Positions 1 through 10,270 of a stretch of DNA of 59,343 nt are shown here, piece after piece. The stretch is taken from positions 1,984,001 through 2,043,343 of the forward strand of contig BCGN01000003.1 in NCBI GenBank assembly GCA_001599295.1. Direction: 5' to 3'. The notes under the pieces were generated by a model, which had not been told where the DNA came from, searched no databases, and was given only the letters and a program-made list of their open reading frames with translations. Position numbers and translations under genes: made by a program. Every line of letters begins with the position of its first letter. Within the stretch, counting starts at the first letter, position 1. Origin of the DNA: Sporopachydermia quercuum (lineage: Eukaryota).

Positions 1-2610
1 CTTTTACGAGAGGAAGGATTCTAAGTAATTTAACGATCTAATTATGTAATTAAAAAACAATTGTTTATTCTCTTTCCTTTTGCTGTGGTCATAATATTAC
101 AGTGATATCCTAAAAAAGCAAATAATAAAATGTACCTCTGATCATCAAAAGCTTTAACTGGCTTCGGATCTGCTTATTACCAAAAGCTTATATTTTTAAT
201 TGCCGCAATAGCATCTTAAGATTTGAACGAAATAAAAGTACAAATTATTTTGCAACTTATGATGAAACCTGATAACTTATTATTCACCTTCTATTGTTCC
301 AGAGTAGGACAATATTTCATCCGACAAATGCTAAATCTGCATCATATGGAAGCTGAGTACCGGAAGGTAAACGTATAAGTTTAATGCTTTCTTTATAAAT
401 TCCAATAAAGATATATCATTGAAATAATTGGCATTGCAAATGAGAAAGCGAGGATCTCAATCTTATATCAAAAAGGAAAGATCACTGCCACTGAGAACGT
501 AAGAATTCACGGAGTTTTAGGGTCTAGGGTTTTCAATCTTCTCAACAGGTTTAATATTTGACTGATGGAAGTATATATTTTATCGATTGTGATGCAGTGT
601 CACATGTAGTAATTAAAGTGATGACCTTCGCCTAGTAAACTAGCCGGTCTTTTGTTCGATTTGGACTTAAAGAGGAACTTATCGATATAAAGTTACTCCT
701 GTTGTCATGGAAAAACTTGTTTCTTCACTAATCTCAAGTGTTAGGGCAAGTTATGTGCTAAGTATAAAACAAAGGCCCAATTATTTAAGCTGGAAACCCA
801 GAGGAGTGAATCAAAGAAAATGGTATTCTTTGAAGACAGGAGATGAAGCATGTTGACCACCTTCATTAGCGGTTAGCTGTTGTCTTAAAAATTAACTGCC
901 TCCATAATGGAAATGATCTCCATTACCGCTTCTGAATGTTAAACGAAATAATATGTTAAAACATAGGAACTCAAGATAACTGATTGTTCTTTGTTACAGA
1001 AAAAGGGGAAAAGACCAATCATTCCTCAAGAGACATTCTTGAGTAAGTAAAGCCATATCCATTACAGGCCATGCAATATCCAGATACTTAAATAAAGAAC
1101 AGATAGAAAGTCGTAGTGGTTATTAAATGAAGTATATAGGTTGATTGACTAGATGTTCAGATCTAAAGAAAAAGGTTTGAAGTACGTCATAGCAGCTTGT
1201 CTGAACAATGGCTATTATAAATATCATTACTAATCTTGTCAGCTTTGTTTCCTCCATGCAATGATCGTACAAATGGTGCGTCTATACTAAAATGACTATT
1301 TAGAAGCAATACATTACTTTAAGCATAAATAACATATTATTTGAGCCTGGCAGGGGTTATTTCACCTTTAGTTCCGAAATGAATGAGTAGATACCTTACA
1401 GTTGAAATAAGGCAAAAGGAGCTTTCTGCATCCTATCGAAAGCGTTTATGAGAGCCAGAACAGGAAGTATTAGAAAGGAGATAGATATTAATATTCTTGT
1501 TTATGAAGACCTAGGTGTAGATCCGGCTTTGAAATTTATCTTGGAATTGCTACTGATTTGAATTGCAAGTACCCTGGAACATTATTACCTGAACAATGGT
1601 ATTAACAGGTCTCTGACTTGACTTTTAATTAGGTGATTTTCGGCCCCATTCTTGAATTAAGTAATTGCATGATACTACAATGCTGTCAATATTTCAGTAG
1701 TATGCTCTACAATAGTTAGTTGACTGAAATATCTCAATCTGAAGTTAACAAACTATTTCATGCATCAATCTCTAGAACAGGAGAAATCAGAACTCAGCAT
1801 TATTAAAGAATAATACGACACCTTCACTTTATGATTATAAAAAAGAGAAGCTGCTTATATTCTTATATATTATCCTACAAGTTTAAGAAGGAAGCCAAAC
1901 CAAATCATTGTTGGCCTTCCTATTATTCTCTTACATTTTCAACGTCTAAGGCTTTGAAATGTTGATAATCCAGCTGGCCATATATGGTAAAATCACTACC
2001 CAGAAAGGAATAATTTCCTGCTATTAGATATACGGACATAATTCAGTCTAGAGTAGTTTGATATATATATTCTTATGACTTCTCGATATAATAAATATAG
2101 TTAATAATAATGAATAAATCGATCGAGTAACGACTGATGATTGGAACAGTACTTCGAATTTTAGTTTCCAAACATTAAGATAAAGTTTATTTTAAGTTGG
2201 ATCTTAATTATACTTTGTATTAAACTGCATTACTTGTATTTGAACTTTTTCCGAAATCTAATGTAAGGTTTAGGCTTTTGGAGTATGCCTTTATTAGCTC
2301 ATGCAAGGTAGAGACTAAACCCAGCCGTACAGAACTTTAACTCACCGCCATCTTTCGTTCTCGTATAACCTACTCTGGTACTGACTGACTCGCCGACTAA
2401 GTGTAGGTTTCGCGTATCATATGAAGTTGTATAATGTCAATTGCAATTAACTAGCGATCAGTGAATTACAGAAAAAGGCTTAATGCAAGGTGTTTGTTGC
2501 CTCCAGAAAGGCTTATAGTAGTAAACTAAGTAGGTTACATTTGATAGTGAAAGGATTCATCTTTCCGCGAAACAAAACACGTAGAAAGTACGTGTTTTTC
2601 AAGTTCCAGA

Positions 2611-3567
2611 ATGGTTATTCATAATGTTAGATTCAAATCACTACTATTGACCATATCCATTTTTATCCTACTATACATAGTTTTGTATCTATCTCTTGGA
2701 GGCAGTGATCTATCACAGCCAAATATTGTATCAGCGGCTTCACTACCATCTGCTCCTGATTCTCTGAACGCATTATCGCATTTAGTCATTGTTCCTTGTC
2801 ATGCTGTTTGGCTAGGAACTGATGATGGATCTTCAGCACCAGATTGGGCTCTGAAAGATTTCCAACGGGGAGATCAAAATGCCTTTCTTCAGCAGATCAA
2901 TCATGGAGTTTTAGTGGCGAACGAGGATCCTTTTAGCTTACTCATATTCTCTGGAACTCAGACCTTAGAAGGATATGCCATTTCAGAGGCTCAGTCTTAC
3001 TGGAGCTTACTATATCAATCAATCTCAGAATCATCTAACAAGTATTTATTGAATCGAGTATCAACAGAAGAGTTTGCAAGAGATTCCTATGAGAATTTAC
3101 TATTTTCTATTGCAAGATTCAAAGAATTGACATCTAGATATCCTAGAAAGATAACTATAATCGGATTTGATTTCAAACAAGCACGATTTACTAATTTACA
3201 CCGGGCTGCTATTGGGTATCCACAAGATGATTTTAGATACGTTGGAATTGCACCTACACCACAAGGTATTGATTTAACAAACGTAGATGATGCTGGTGTT
3301 AGAACTTATATAGATGACTTAAGGAAAAGCGAACAGAATAATGCATATAAAAAGTATGAAAAAGATCCCTATGGTTGCTTAATAGGCAAAGGGGAGCTTA
3401 TGACCAAAAAATGGACTAGAAATATTTCTAGGAGAGCCCATGGATATGCGTCATCATGTCCTGAATTAGCTGAGCTGCTGGCAGTGTGCAATTCAAAAAA
3501 CTACAGATTCTCAGAGTCTCGAATCAAAAAAATGCCTTGGTATCAACCTAAAAAAGTACAATTGTAA
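2611..3567 (+). CDS. DUF218-family protein (YOR238W-like) with N-terminal signal anchor
   Basis: 318-aa ORF with a hydrophobic N-terminus and motifs HLVIVPCHAVW, LLIFSG.QT, SEAQSY, TEEFARDSYENLLFSIARF, YPRKITIIGFDFK..RF, typical of fungal YOR238W/DUF218 proteins. Confidence 0.8.
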   Translation: MVIHNVRFKSLLLTISIFILLYIVLYLSLGGSDLSQPNIVSAASLPSAPDSLNALSHLVIVPCHAVWLGTDDGSSAPDWALKDFQRGDQNAFLQQINHGVLVANEDPFSLLIFSGTQTLEGYAISEAQSYWSLLYQSISESSNKYLLNRVSTEEFARDSYENLLFSIARFKELTSRYPRKITIIGFDFKQARFTNLHRAAIGYPQDDFRYVGIAPTPQGIDLTNVDDAGVRTYIDDLRKSEQNNAYKKYEKDPYGCLIGKGELMTKKWTRNISRRAHGYASSCPELAELLAVCNSKNYRFSESRIKKMPWYQPKKVQL

Positions 3568-3703
3568 AGCTGTCAAGCTCTCAACCTATCGAGCCCCTAG
3601 CAAGATAAAACAAACACCATAAAGAAATGAATATAGACATTATACGTTTAATCAAATAAAAATAAGTCTGATAATGATGATCAAAACAAAGTCTTACTCC
3701 TAT

Positions 3704-6331
3704 TTAATCTATTGGTATATGGCCTTTCATCATATCTTCAATCAAAGCCCTTCTTTTTTCATACTCTTCCACATGACTTAGTTTCTCTTCAATCTCTTTT
3801 ATTTCTTCTGAAACATTCTGTCTCTTCCTATTAACATCTGTCACCTCATATAAATCTTGCCATTCCCATTGTTTGCCATCTTCTCCTGTGCCTAGGATAA
3901 TCATAAACCTATGATACTTCACTAGGTTTTGACGATGACTTAATGTTATAAACGTTACACCTTGCTTTTTCAGTAAATCGAAAAGAATTATTTCATAATC
4001 GCTGCTGATTGCGCTGGTTGCTTCGTCTAAAATGACAAACTTAGCCCTGTGATAGAAGATTCGGGCAAATGCTATTTTCTGTCTTTCTCCTCCACTCATA
4101 ACATCTTTCCATTCTTTTTGACTATCTAAACCGCCTTCTCGGGCTGGTAAATAATCTAATCCAACCATCCTCAAAATTTTCATCAAATCTTCATCTTTCA
4201 GCCTTCTATACTCAACCATTTCACTATGGGAATCGGGGTAGATTATCTGGTCACGTAAGGTACCATTACTTAGATATGCCCTCTGAGGGATGAACATGAT
4301 TTTATCTCGGGATGGTGTTGACACCAATCCGCGATAAACCGGCCAAAGACCTGCTAGAATCCTGGAAACTGAACTTTTACCTACTCCATTAGCACCATAG
4401 ATAAGTACATTATCGCCAGCATCTATAGTAAACGTCATATCATTGATGAGAAGAGTTCCTGGTGTTTCTTTTCGTGTTATTTTCGATCTTGAGCCTGGAA
4501 CGACAATGGGGACTCTTTCCAGACGAATACCGTTATAATTACTTTGAATGGTTCCTTGAATGTCGTTGATCTCGAACTCTTCAGAACTTTCTCCATTTGG
4601 TCCCAATGATGATCTAGAAGAAGAAGAAAAAGACATTCCTTGTTCTGATTGTATTGTTTCCATTGGTACAGATTTAAGCTTGGAAGTAGCTCCAAGGGTA
4701 TTCAATCCTGAGAAAGAGCTCAATGAGGATAAAAATGATATTGGAGGTTTTGAAGCAGCAGTACGAACACTCTTGGACCTATTTCTGTTCATTAGTACAG
4801 AATAAATCATACTACCGGAATGAACTTCATGAAGCGTCCGTAAGAGTAAAAACACTCTTGAAGTGTACCCTGCAAGTTCTGATAAGTCTTTGATTGAATA
4901 CATCATACGACTTCCAGCATCAGCCAACGATAGCATCAGACGTTTATTAACAATGAATTGTTTCATTCTAAGTCTCTCACGAGTTTGCTTTGAAGAGTGT
5001 TCCGGTTGCCCCTCAATCAATCCATCAGTACCAGCCCATTGCGGTAAGAAAACAGGCAATGCAGAAAATACGTAACCCAATGCAGACCAAGTGTACTTTA
5101 CAATAAAATCTTCAAGAATGTTGTATGAGAATCTAAGTCTTGCAACATAATTCAGATGGTTGAGAAGATGTCCAAAAGATTTATCCAAGATTAATTTTTC
5201 AATTTTCGATCCATTATAAAAAGCAATCTCTTCATTGTTGGTGATAATACGCGAATGCAGTGCTCGATATTCACCATCATTCTTGGCCTGTATAGCTGTG
5301 AGTTTGCCAAAAGACGGTGATACTTTCTTTAAAATCATAGCAGTAAGAAAGTAGTTACCAAAAATTCCAAGATATGACAAAGGCCCTAGCGATTTCTGCA
5401 ACTGGTAACTGAATAAAATGAAATCAATTGCTGGTTTACCTAAGCTGGAGTATAACGAAGCTGTAGAAGAGCAGAAGTTAGAAATGTCCGTAGTGATGTA
5501 TTGATCGATATGTTCGAGATTATCATATCCGAGATTAGAAATCTTGTAGAAAGTATAAGAAGAGTCCAGATAAATGTCATGGACGTATCTCACAAGCTTT
5601 GTTCTGAAATCAATAGAGATCTTCCTTTGTAAATATTTGATAGCTGAGTTCGTATAGGAAGCCGGAAATGCCATTAGTAACCAGTAACTTATTCCCAATA
5701 GAAACTGTTTACCATTTCTACCAACTAGATCTCTGACAATTCTGCCATCTAGTCTAGCAATGATTAAAGAGAGCCAGGTTCTTATGATTAAAAAGAAGGC
5801 ATGTAGTAAGAGTAGTAATGATGTTTTTGATGTCACTGAGGGAAGTAATATTTGCCAAATAGCATAGAATTGCCTGATAAACTTTGAATCGAATAAACTC
5901 TTTGACTTTATATCTCTTGCTTTCTGATAATTGAGAGGATCTAATGTTGGGTCAAGGAAGAACCCTTTATGTGATTCTAATATCAAAGATTTTGTTGGTT
6001 TAATAATTACTCTTGATAAAGATGGTGCCTCTTTCTTATCATTGCTGCTGCTACCCGCTTTACTATCGATATTGTCAACAAATGATGTCGAGACCATGAT
6101 TTGTTTGCTCCAGCCGTCATTGAGGACAAAAGAAGAATTCTGCCTATGTAATGGTCTTGATGCATGTCTGTCCTTTCTCGAGTTAATGAAACTTCTGACC
6201 TTTGAGATCGTACTGTAAGATGATGCAGTGATTAAAGTAAAAAGAAATAACAGCACTGGTGTTGGGTATGATCCTTTTCGCATTTTCATCAAGGCACTAA
6301 ACAATGCCTTGAGACTATTGCTACCTCTCAT
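3704..6331 (-). CDS. PXA1: Peroxisomal long-chain acyl-CoA ABC half-transporter (ABCD family), Pxa1 type
   Basis: ABC_membrane_2 segment RTWLSLIIARLDGRIV...PASYTNSAIKYLQRKISIDFR resembles Pxa1. Also an EAA-like NEEIAFY, Walker A GANGVGKS, signature MSGGERQ and Walker B VILDEATSA. The ORF track starts at a GTG (6349); first ATG is 6331. Confidence 0.88.
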   Translation of the reverse strand: MRGSNSLKALFSALMKMRKGSYPTPVLLFLFTLITASSYSTISKVRSFINSRKDRHASRPLHRQNSSFVLNDGWSKQIMVSTSFVDNIDSKAGSSSNDKKEAPSLSRVIIKPTKSLILESHKGFFLDPTLDPLNYQKARDIKSKSLFDSKFIRQFYAIWQILLPSVTSKTSLLLLLHAFFLIIRTWLSLIIARLDGRIVRDLVGRNGKQFLLGISYWLLMAFPASYTNSAIKYLQRKISIDFRTKLVRYVHDIYLDSSYTFYKISNLGYDNLEHIDQYITTDISNFCSSTASLYSSLGKPAIDFILFSYQLQKSLGPLSYLGIFGNYFLTAMILKKVSPSFGKLTAIQAKNDGEYRALHSRIITNNEEIAFYNGSKIEKLILDKSFGHLLNHLNYVARLRFSYNILEDFIVKYTWSALGYVFSALPVFLPQWAGTDGLIEGQPEHSSKQTRERLRMKQFIVNKRLMLSLADAGSRMMYSIKDLSELAGYTSRVFLLLRTLHEVHSGSMIYSVLMNRNRSKSVRTAASKPPISFLSSLSSFSGLNTLGATSKLKSVPMETIQSEQGMSFSSSSRSSLGPNGESSEEFEINDIQGTIQSNYNGIRLERVPIVVPGSRSKITRKETPGTLLINDMTFTIDAGDNVLIYGANGVGKSSVSRILAGLWPVYRGLVSTPSRDKIMFIPQRAYLSNGTLRDQIIYPDSHSEMVEYRRLKDEDLMKILRMVGLDYLPAREGGLDSQKEWKDVMSGGERQKIAFARIFYHRAKFVILDEATSAISSDYEIILFDLLKKQGVTFITLSHRQNLVKYHRFMIILGTGEDGKQWEWQDLYEVTDVNRKRQNVSEEIKEIEEKLSHVEEYEKRRALIEDMMKGHIPID

Positions 6332-6602
6332 AGTAGAAGCCTCAAACACGATGACGATGGATCCTTTATGATTCTTTTTGTAGATTGTTTCTACTCAACT
6401 TATGACCTATAATCAATAGTCAACATTAATCTTAACGTGACAAAAGAATTTCTATCTCGTACATTCCTTTGCTCTTTTAAAATCCTTATAACCACTCTAT
6501 GCTCATCGTGACAGTAAATACGAATCCTAAATATTTTTGTTGCTGCTTTGCTGACTTGATTTAAGCACCAGTTCCAACAAGTTTGCTGACTCCCATGCAT
6601 TT

Positions 6603-6639
6603 AATCTTTAGCCAATCTTTAGCCAATCTTTGGTCAATC
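6603..6639. repeat. Short tandem 11-mer (AATCTTTAGCC, ~3 copies, third imperfect) upstream of PXA1
   Basis: aatctttagcc aatctttagcc aatctttggtc aatc read directly; creates two CCAAT boxes. Confidence 0.6.
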
Positions 6640-8287
6640 CTTCTCACAGCCAGTATTCTTATGTTAGTCGTGTCCAATATTTAACAACACAAGCCTATCA
6701 TTCAAATAATCAACAACAAATAAAGTGTTACCAATTAAATGTCATCAACATGCTAAGCAAATAACAGTTGATGAAGAAAAGCTTGATAGAATATCAAAAG
6801 AGACACACTGTGACGATATGTGATCACAGATTGGGCTTAGTTTCGTGGTTCGGATTTGTGAAAATAAAGTTTAGTCCCCACTTTTCGTCAATAAACCTTA
6901 ATATTTTTCACATGATACTGACGATAAATACGAGCTTCAGATGTGCCCCCCTCACAGGATAAGATGAACACCGAGAGCCGAAGAGTAAAGAATAAAGGAT
7001 AGAATGATTGAGTGAACGATAGGGAACAGCAGATCAAGATGTCATGGTAAATTTAGAACGAGCATGATAAGGGTATTGCGTGGATTGAAACAGTCAGTTT
7101 GGAACAGAGATGAAGTCAAATTGAGAAAATTGGGTTGAATATGAGCACCTCAACGGACTGGACTTTAGCTGTTGTGATAGTGGTAAGAATCAAATAAACA
7201 ACCGACGAATCAGGTTACATAATTTGCTAGGATAACTTCCAGTGTAGACGTTTGTCGAATGTATTTAGTTATTTTGGTAATAAACTGTTTTTATGGATGT
7301 TTAAGCTGATCAGTTGAAAATCTTCACTTTCCAAGTCACGTGATAACTTCTTATTGGAAGGTGTTGACCAATAATCTTCCATGGTTTCTATTCTACTTCA
7401 TTGCAGCATGAACAAATTACCTAGTTCCGATGTAAATAGTTATTCTCTGTAACATATAACTAGCTTCACTCACCAATTCCTCTTCGCACGAGGATGAACT
7501 TGAGTATACATGCTTATCTGCCCTGCCAAACTCCGGAAGAGACTCTGCAGAGATACTTTGGACTTTGTCTGGTCGTACCATCAATCAACCCCATTAACAT
7601 GTAAGTATACTGAAATTGAACATTTTATCAACACCTTAGTACTGAAGTAAGCTTCAAATTCAATATATCAAATGCTTGCAACAACACTTATTATATTTAC
7701 CACCTTTAACTCCAAGCATCAGCAAATATCTACAGTATTATACATGTACATAGTATTAAACTTTCTCCTTTGGAAAGCATTTTTCACTATCAAGAAAATT
7801 TTACAACCAATACAAACAGAAGAGCTCAACAAGCTCATGTACTTATTAATCAGCGTATAACTGAATATAGTACAGCAACAAGCAACTTGTTTTGTTGACA
7901 AGTGTGTTTATTCTGCTATATTGCATATATCTTGNCTCCTTATGTTCACTATAAGTTGCCTTTCAGTGCTTCAACTATCTACAACAAGTTTTTCTGTTAG
8001 AATTCAGTGGAAGAGTATTTGTTTAAAACAAGAATGTAGCAACAAGACATTAAGCCAAACAAAACAATATTTCTGCTTATCCCAACATTAAATAAGACAC
8101 TCACGGCCTTGGATGGTCTTGCTTTAGCACAAAATTTGTCTATGTATATATTCTAGGAAATACATCGCAAGACTGCATTAGGTTGAACAGGATATATGAC
8201 ATAGATAAGATAAGTATACTAACGAATCTCATTATACATATACTCACTATTCATTACATTATCAACAGCACTTGCATACACACCATA

Positions 8288-9349
8288 ATGCATCCGACAA
8301 TGGAACCAGAAAGAGCAAAATCTCCGGTAAGACCAAAATGCTATTATTGCCCTGTAACCCATTGCAATAAAGCATATTCCCGTCCAAGTTTACTTGAACA
8401 ACATCTCAAATCACACATCGACGAAAGATCCTTCAAGTGTGACCATGAGAACTGCCAACAAGCATTTTTGAGAAAATCCCATTTAGACGCCCATAAATTA
8501 TCACATTTACCGCCTGAAGAAAAACCTTTCCACTGCGCAAACTGCTCTAAGGGTTTCAACACTATTCAACATTTACGACGCCATGTAAGAACCCATGAAG
8601 CTTCTAACGTTTGTCCTTATGAAGGATGCTCTGAAGCTTTCTATAGGAAAAATCAACTGGCAAACCACATAATGATTGCCCATAGAAATGAGAAAAGACA
8701 TAAATGTCCACATGAAAATTGCGGGGCTCAATTCATGAAAAGGAACCGTTTAGTGAACCATATGACGAAGATGCATTCATCTACCCCACAATATATTTGT
8801 GCAAGCGCTGAATGTACCCAAGGGTTTTTCACGTGGTCTCAGCTGCAAGTGCATGTGAAAAAGGACCATCCGAGAGTGAAATGTCCAATCTGTTCGCGTT
8901 CGACTGCTGGAAGGAAAGCTTTGCTTGAACATATTGCTATTCATGATGATTTATGTGGTGGAATTGACGGAAGGTATGGGCAAACACTTGATGGAACACC
9001 TAAGACTTCTTGCCAACTATGCTCAGCTGAATTCCGCTCTTTTTTACATTATTTACGTCATTTTCTCACTTGCCATATCGATCACGAAATCCCTGGCGAA
9101 TTGTATAAATCTCTTAAGCCTCCTAAGCTTCTACATGATGTATCTGAATCGCCAGCAAGTGTTGATACTCCTAAGGAAACGTCAGTTATCGACAAGCTCA
9201 CAGGCATTGATTATGACCTAGGAAGACCAATTGAATGTCCTGTCGATGGATGCAAGTTCAGGTACGCTCGGAAGTACGATTTAGATAGACATGTGGTTAG
9301 TTACCATGAAGGTGAACGAGATCAACAGGGACAAGTTGTGATAGTGTAA
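8288..9349 (+). CDS. PZF1: Transcription factor IIIA (nine C2H2 zinc fingers)
   Basis: Nine C2H2 fingers with a long spacer between fingers 8 and 9, as in yeast TFIIIA; finger 1 CNKAYSRPSLLEQH and finger 2 FLRKSHL are TFIIIA-like. First ATG is 8288 (ORF track starts at a TTG); a possible upstream intron is described in findings. Confidence 0.88.
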   Translation: MHPTMEPERAKSPVRPKCYYCPVTHCNKAYSRPSLLEQHLKSHIDERSFKCDHENCQQAFLRKSHLDAHKLSHLPPEEKPFHCANCSKGFNTIQHLRRHVRTHEASNVCPYEGCSEAFYRKNQLANHIMIAHRNEKRHKCPHENCGAQFMKRNRLVNHMTKMHSSTPQYICASAECTQGFFTWSQLQVHVKKDHPRVKCPICSRSTAGRKALLEHIAIHDDLCGGIDGRYGQTLDGTPKTSCQLCSAEFRSFLHYLRHFLTCHIDHEIPGELYKSLKPPKLLHDVSESPASVDTPKETSVIDKLTGIDYDLGRPIECPVDGCKFRYARKYDLDRHVVSYHEGERDQQGQVVIV

Positions 9350-10270
9350 TATAGGATTTGCTAGGGAAGGAAAAGCATAAAACTTGTAAGAGGTATAAAA
9401 GAATTAACAATAACAGGGATAACAGGAAAATGGGAACCGGAAAGGCGCTGGTAACTGGGAGATTATAATTTTGGTACTACATAGTATTGGAGGTTAGATC
9501 AACGTGATTATATTATATACCATGTTATATTATTATCATATTATATTATATTTTATTAGATTAAGTGTTATAGAATAAACAATAGTAAGCATTGTTTGAT
9601 TTTATTCCCAAGAATACTTGATTGAATCGATGACGCAATGTGCAAATACTGAGCTGCTGAATTGATAATGAGATAAACATATATCCATACTAATAATAAT
9701 AAGAACGTGTCAACAGTTCATTGGATTGTAACTATCAAAATAAGAAGTCATAAAACACGCAAGATTTCCATCCACTGTTAGTGTTGATAATACGTTAATA
9801 ACGCTAATAACCACAAGAACCCAACTATACGAACACTTTGCTTATAGAACTCAATGTATAGTAATAATATCAGTCATAAAACATCAATGACCTTCTAGAG
9901 ACCTAATGAGCCATTAATAGTGATAGCCTGATAGTACTCCAAGGATAAAAAAGAAAAACGAGCAGGCAGATATGAAAATTATGGTATATTGTAGTGCAAT
10001 TTGAGCGGAATGTTAAACGGTTAACTGAATGACGAGTGATGTGTGATTTCTATCCTTGAAAGCAGAGGTATATTAACCATCAGCTTGAGCATTAATAGAA
10101 CATTCAATATAAATCCATGAGAACGTCTGATACGGTCATTCTACTGATACCATTGTTACTTATTCCATGCTTGCTCTACGCAGCTGATAATGACCACTCA
10201 TACTGCAGGATCTCCATATTGAAAGAAACAATCACTCAACATCTCTATATAAACCATTCTACCATCTAGT

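Noticed and set aside
7335..7343. GTCACGTGA as a point-centromere CDEI element
   Set aside because: No very AT-rich CDEII followed by CDEIII; a promoter E-box is more likely, and similar sites recur (~15050, 31519).
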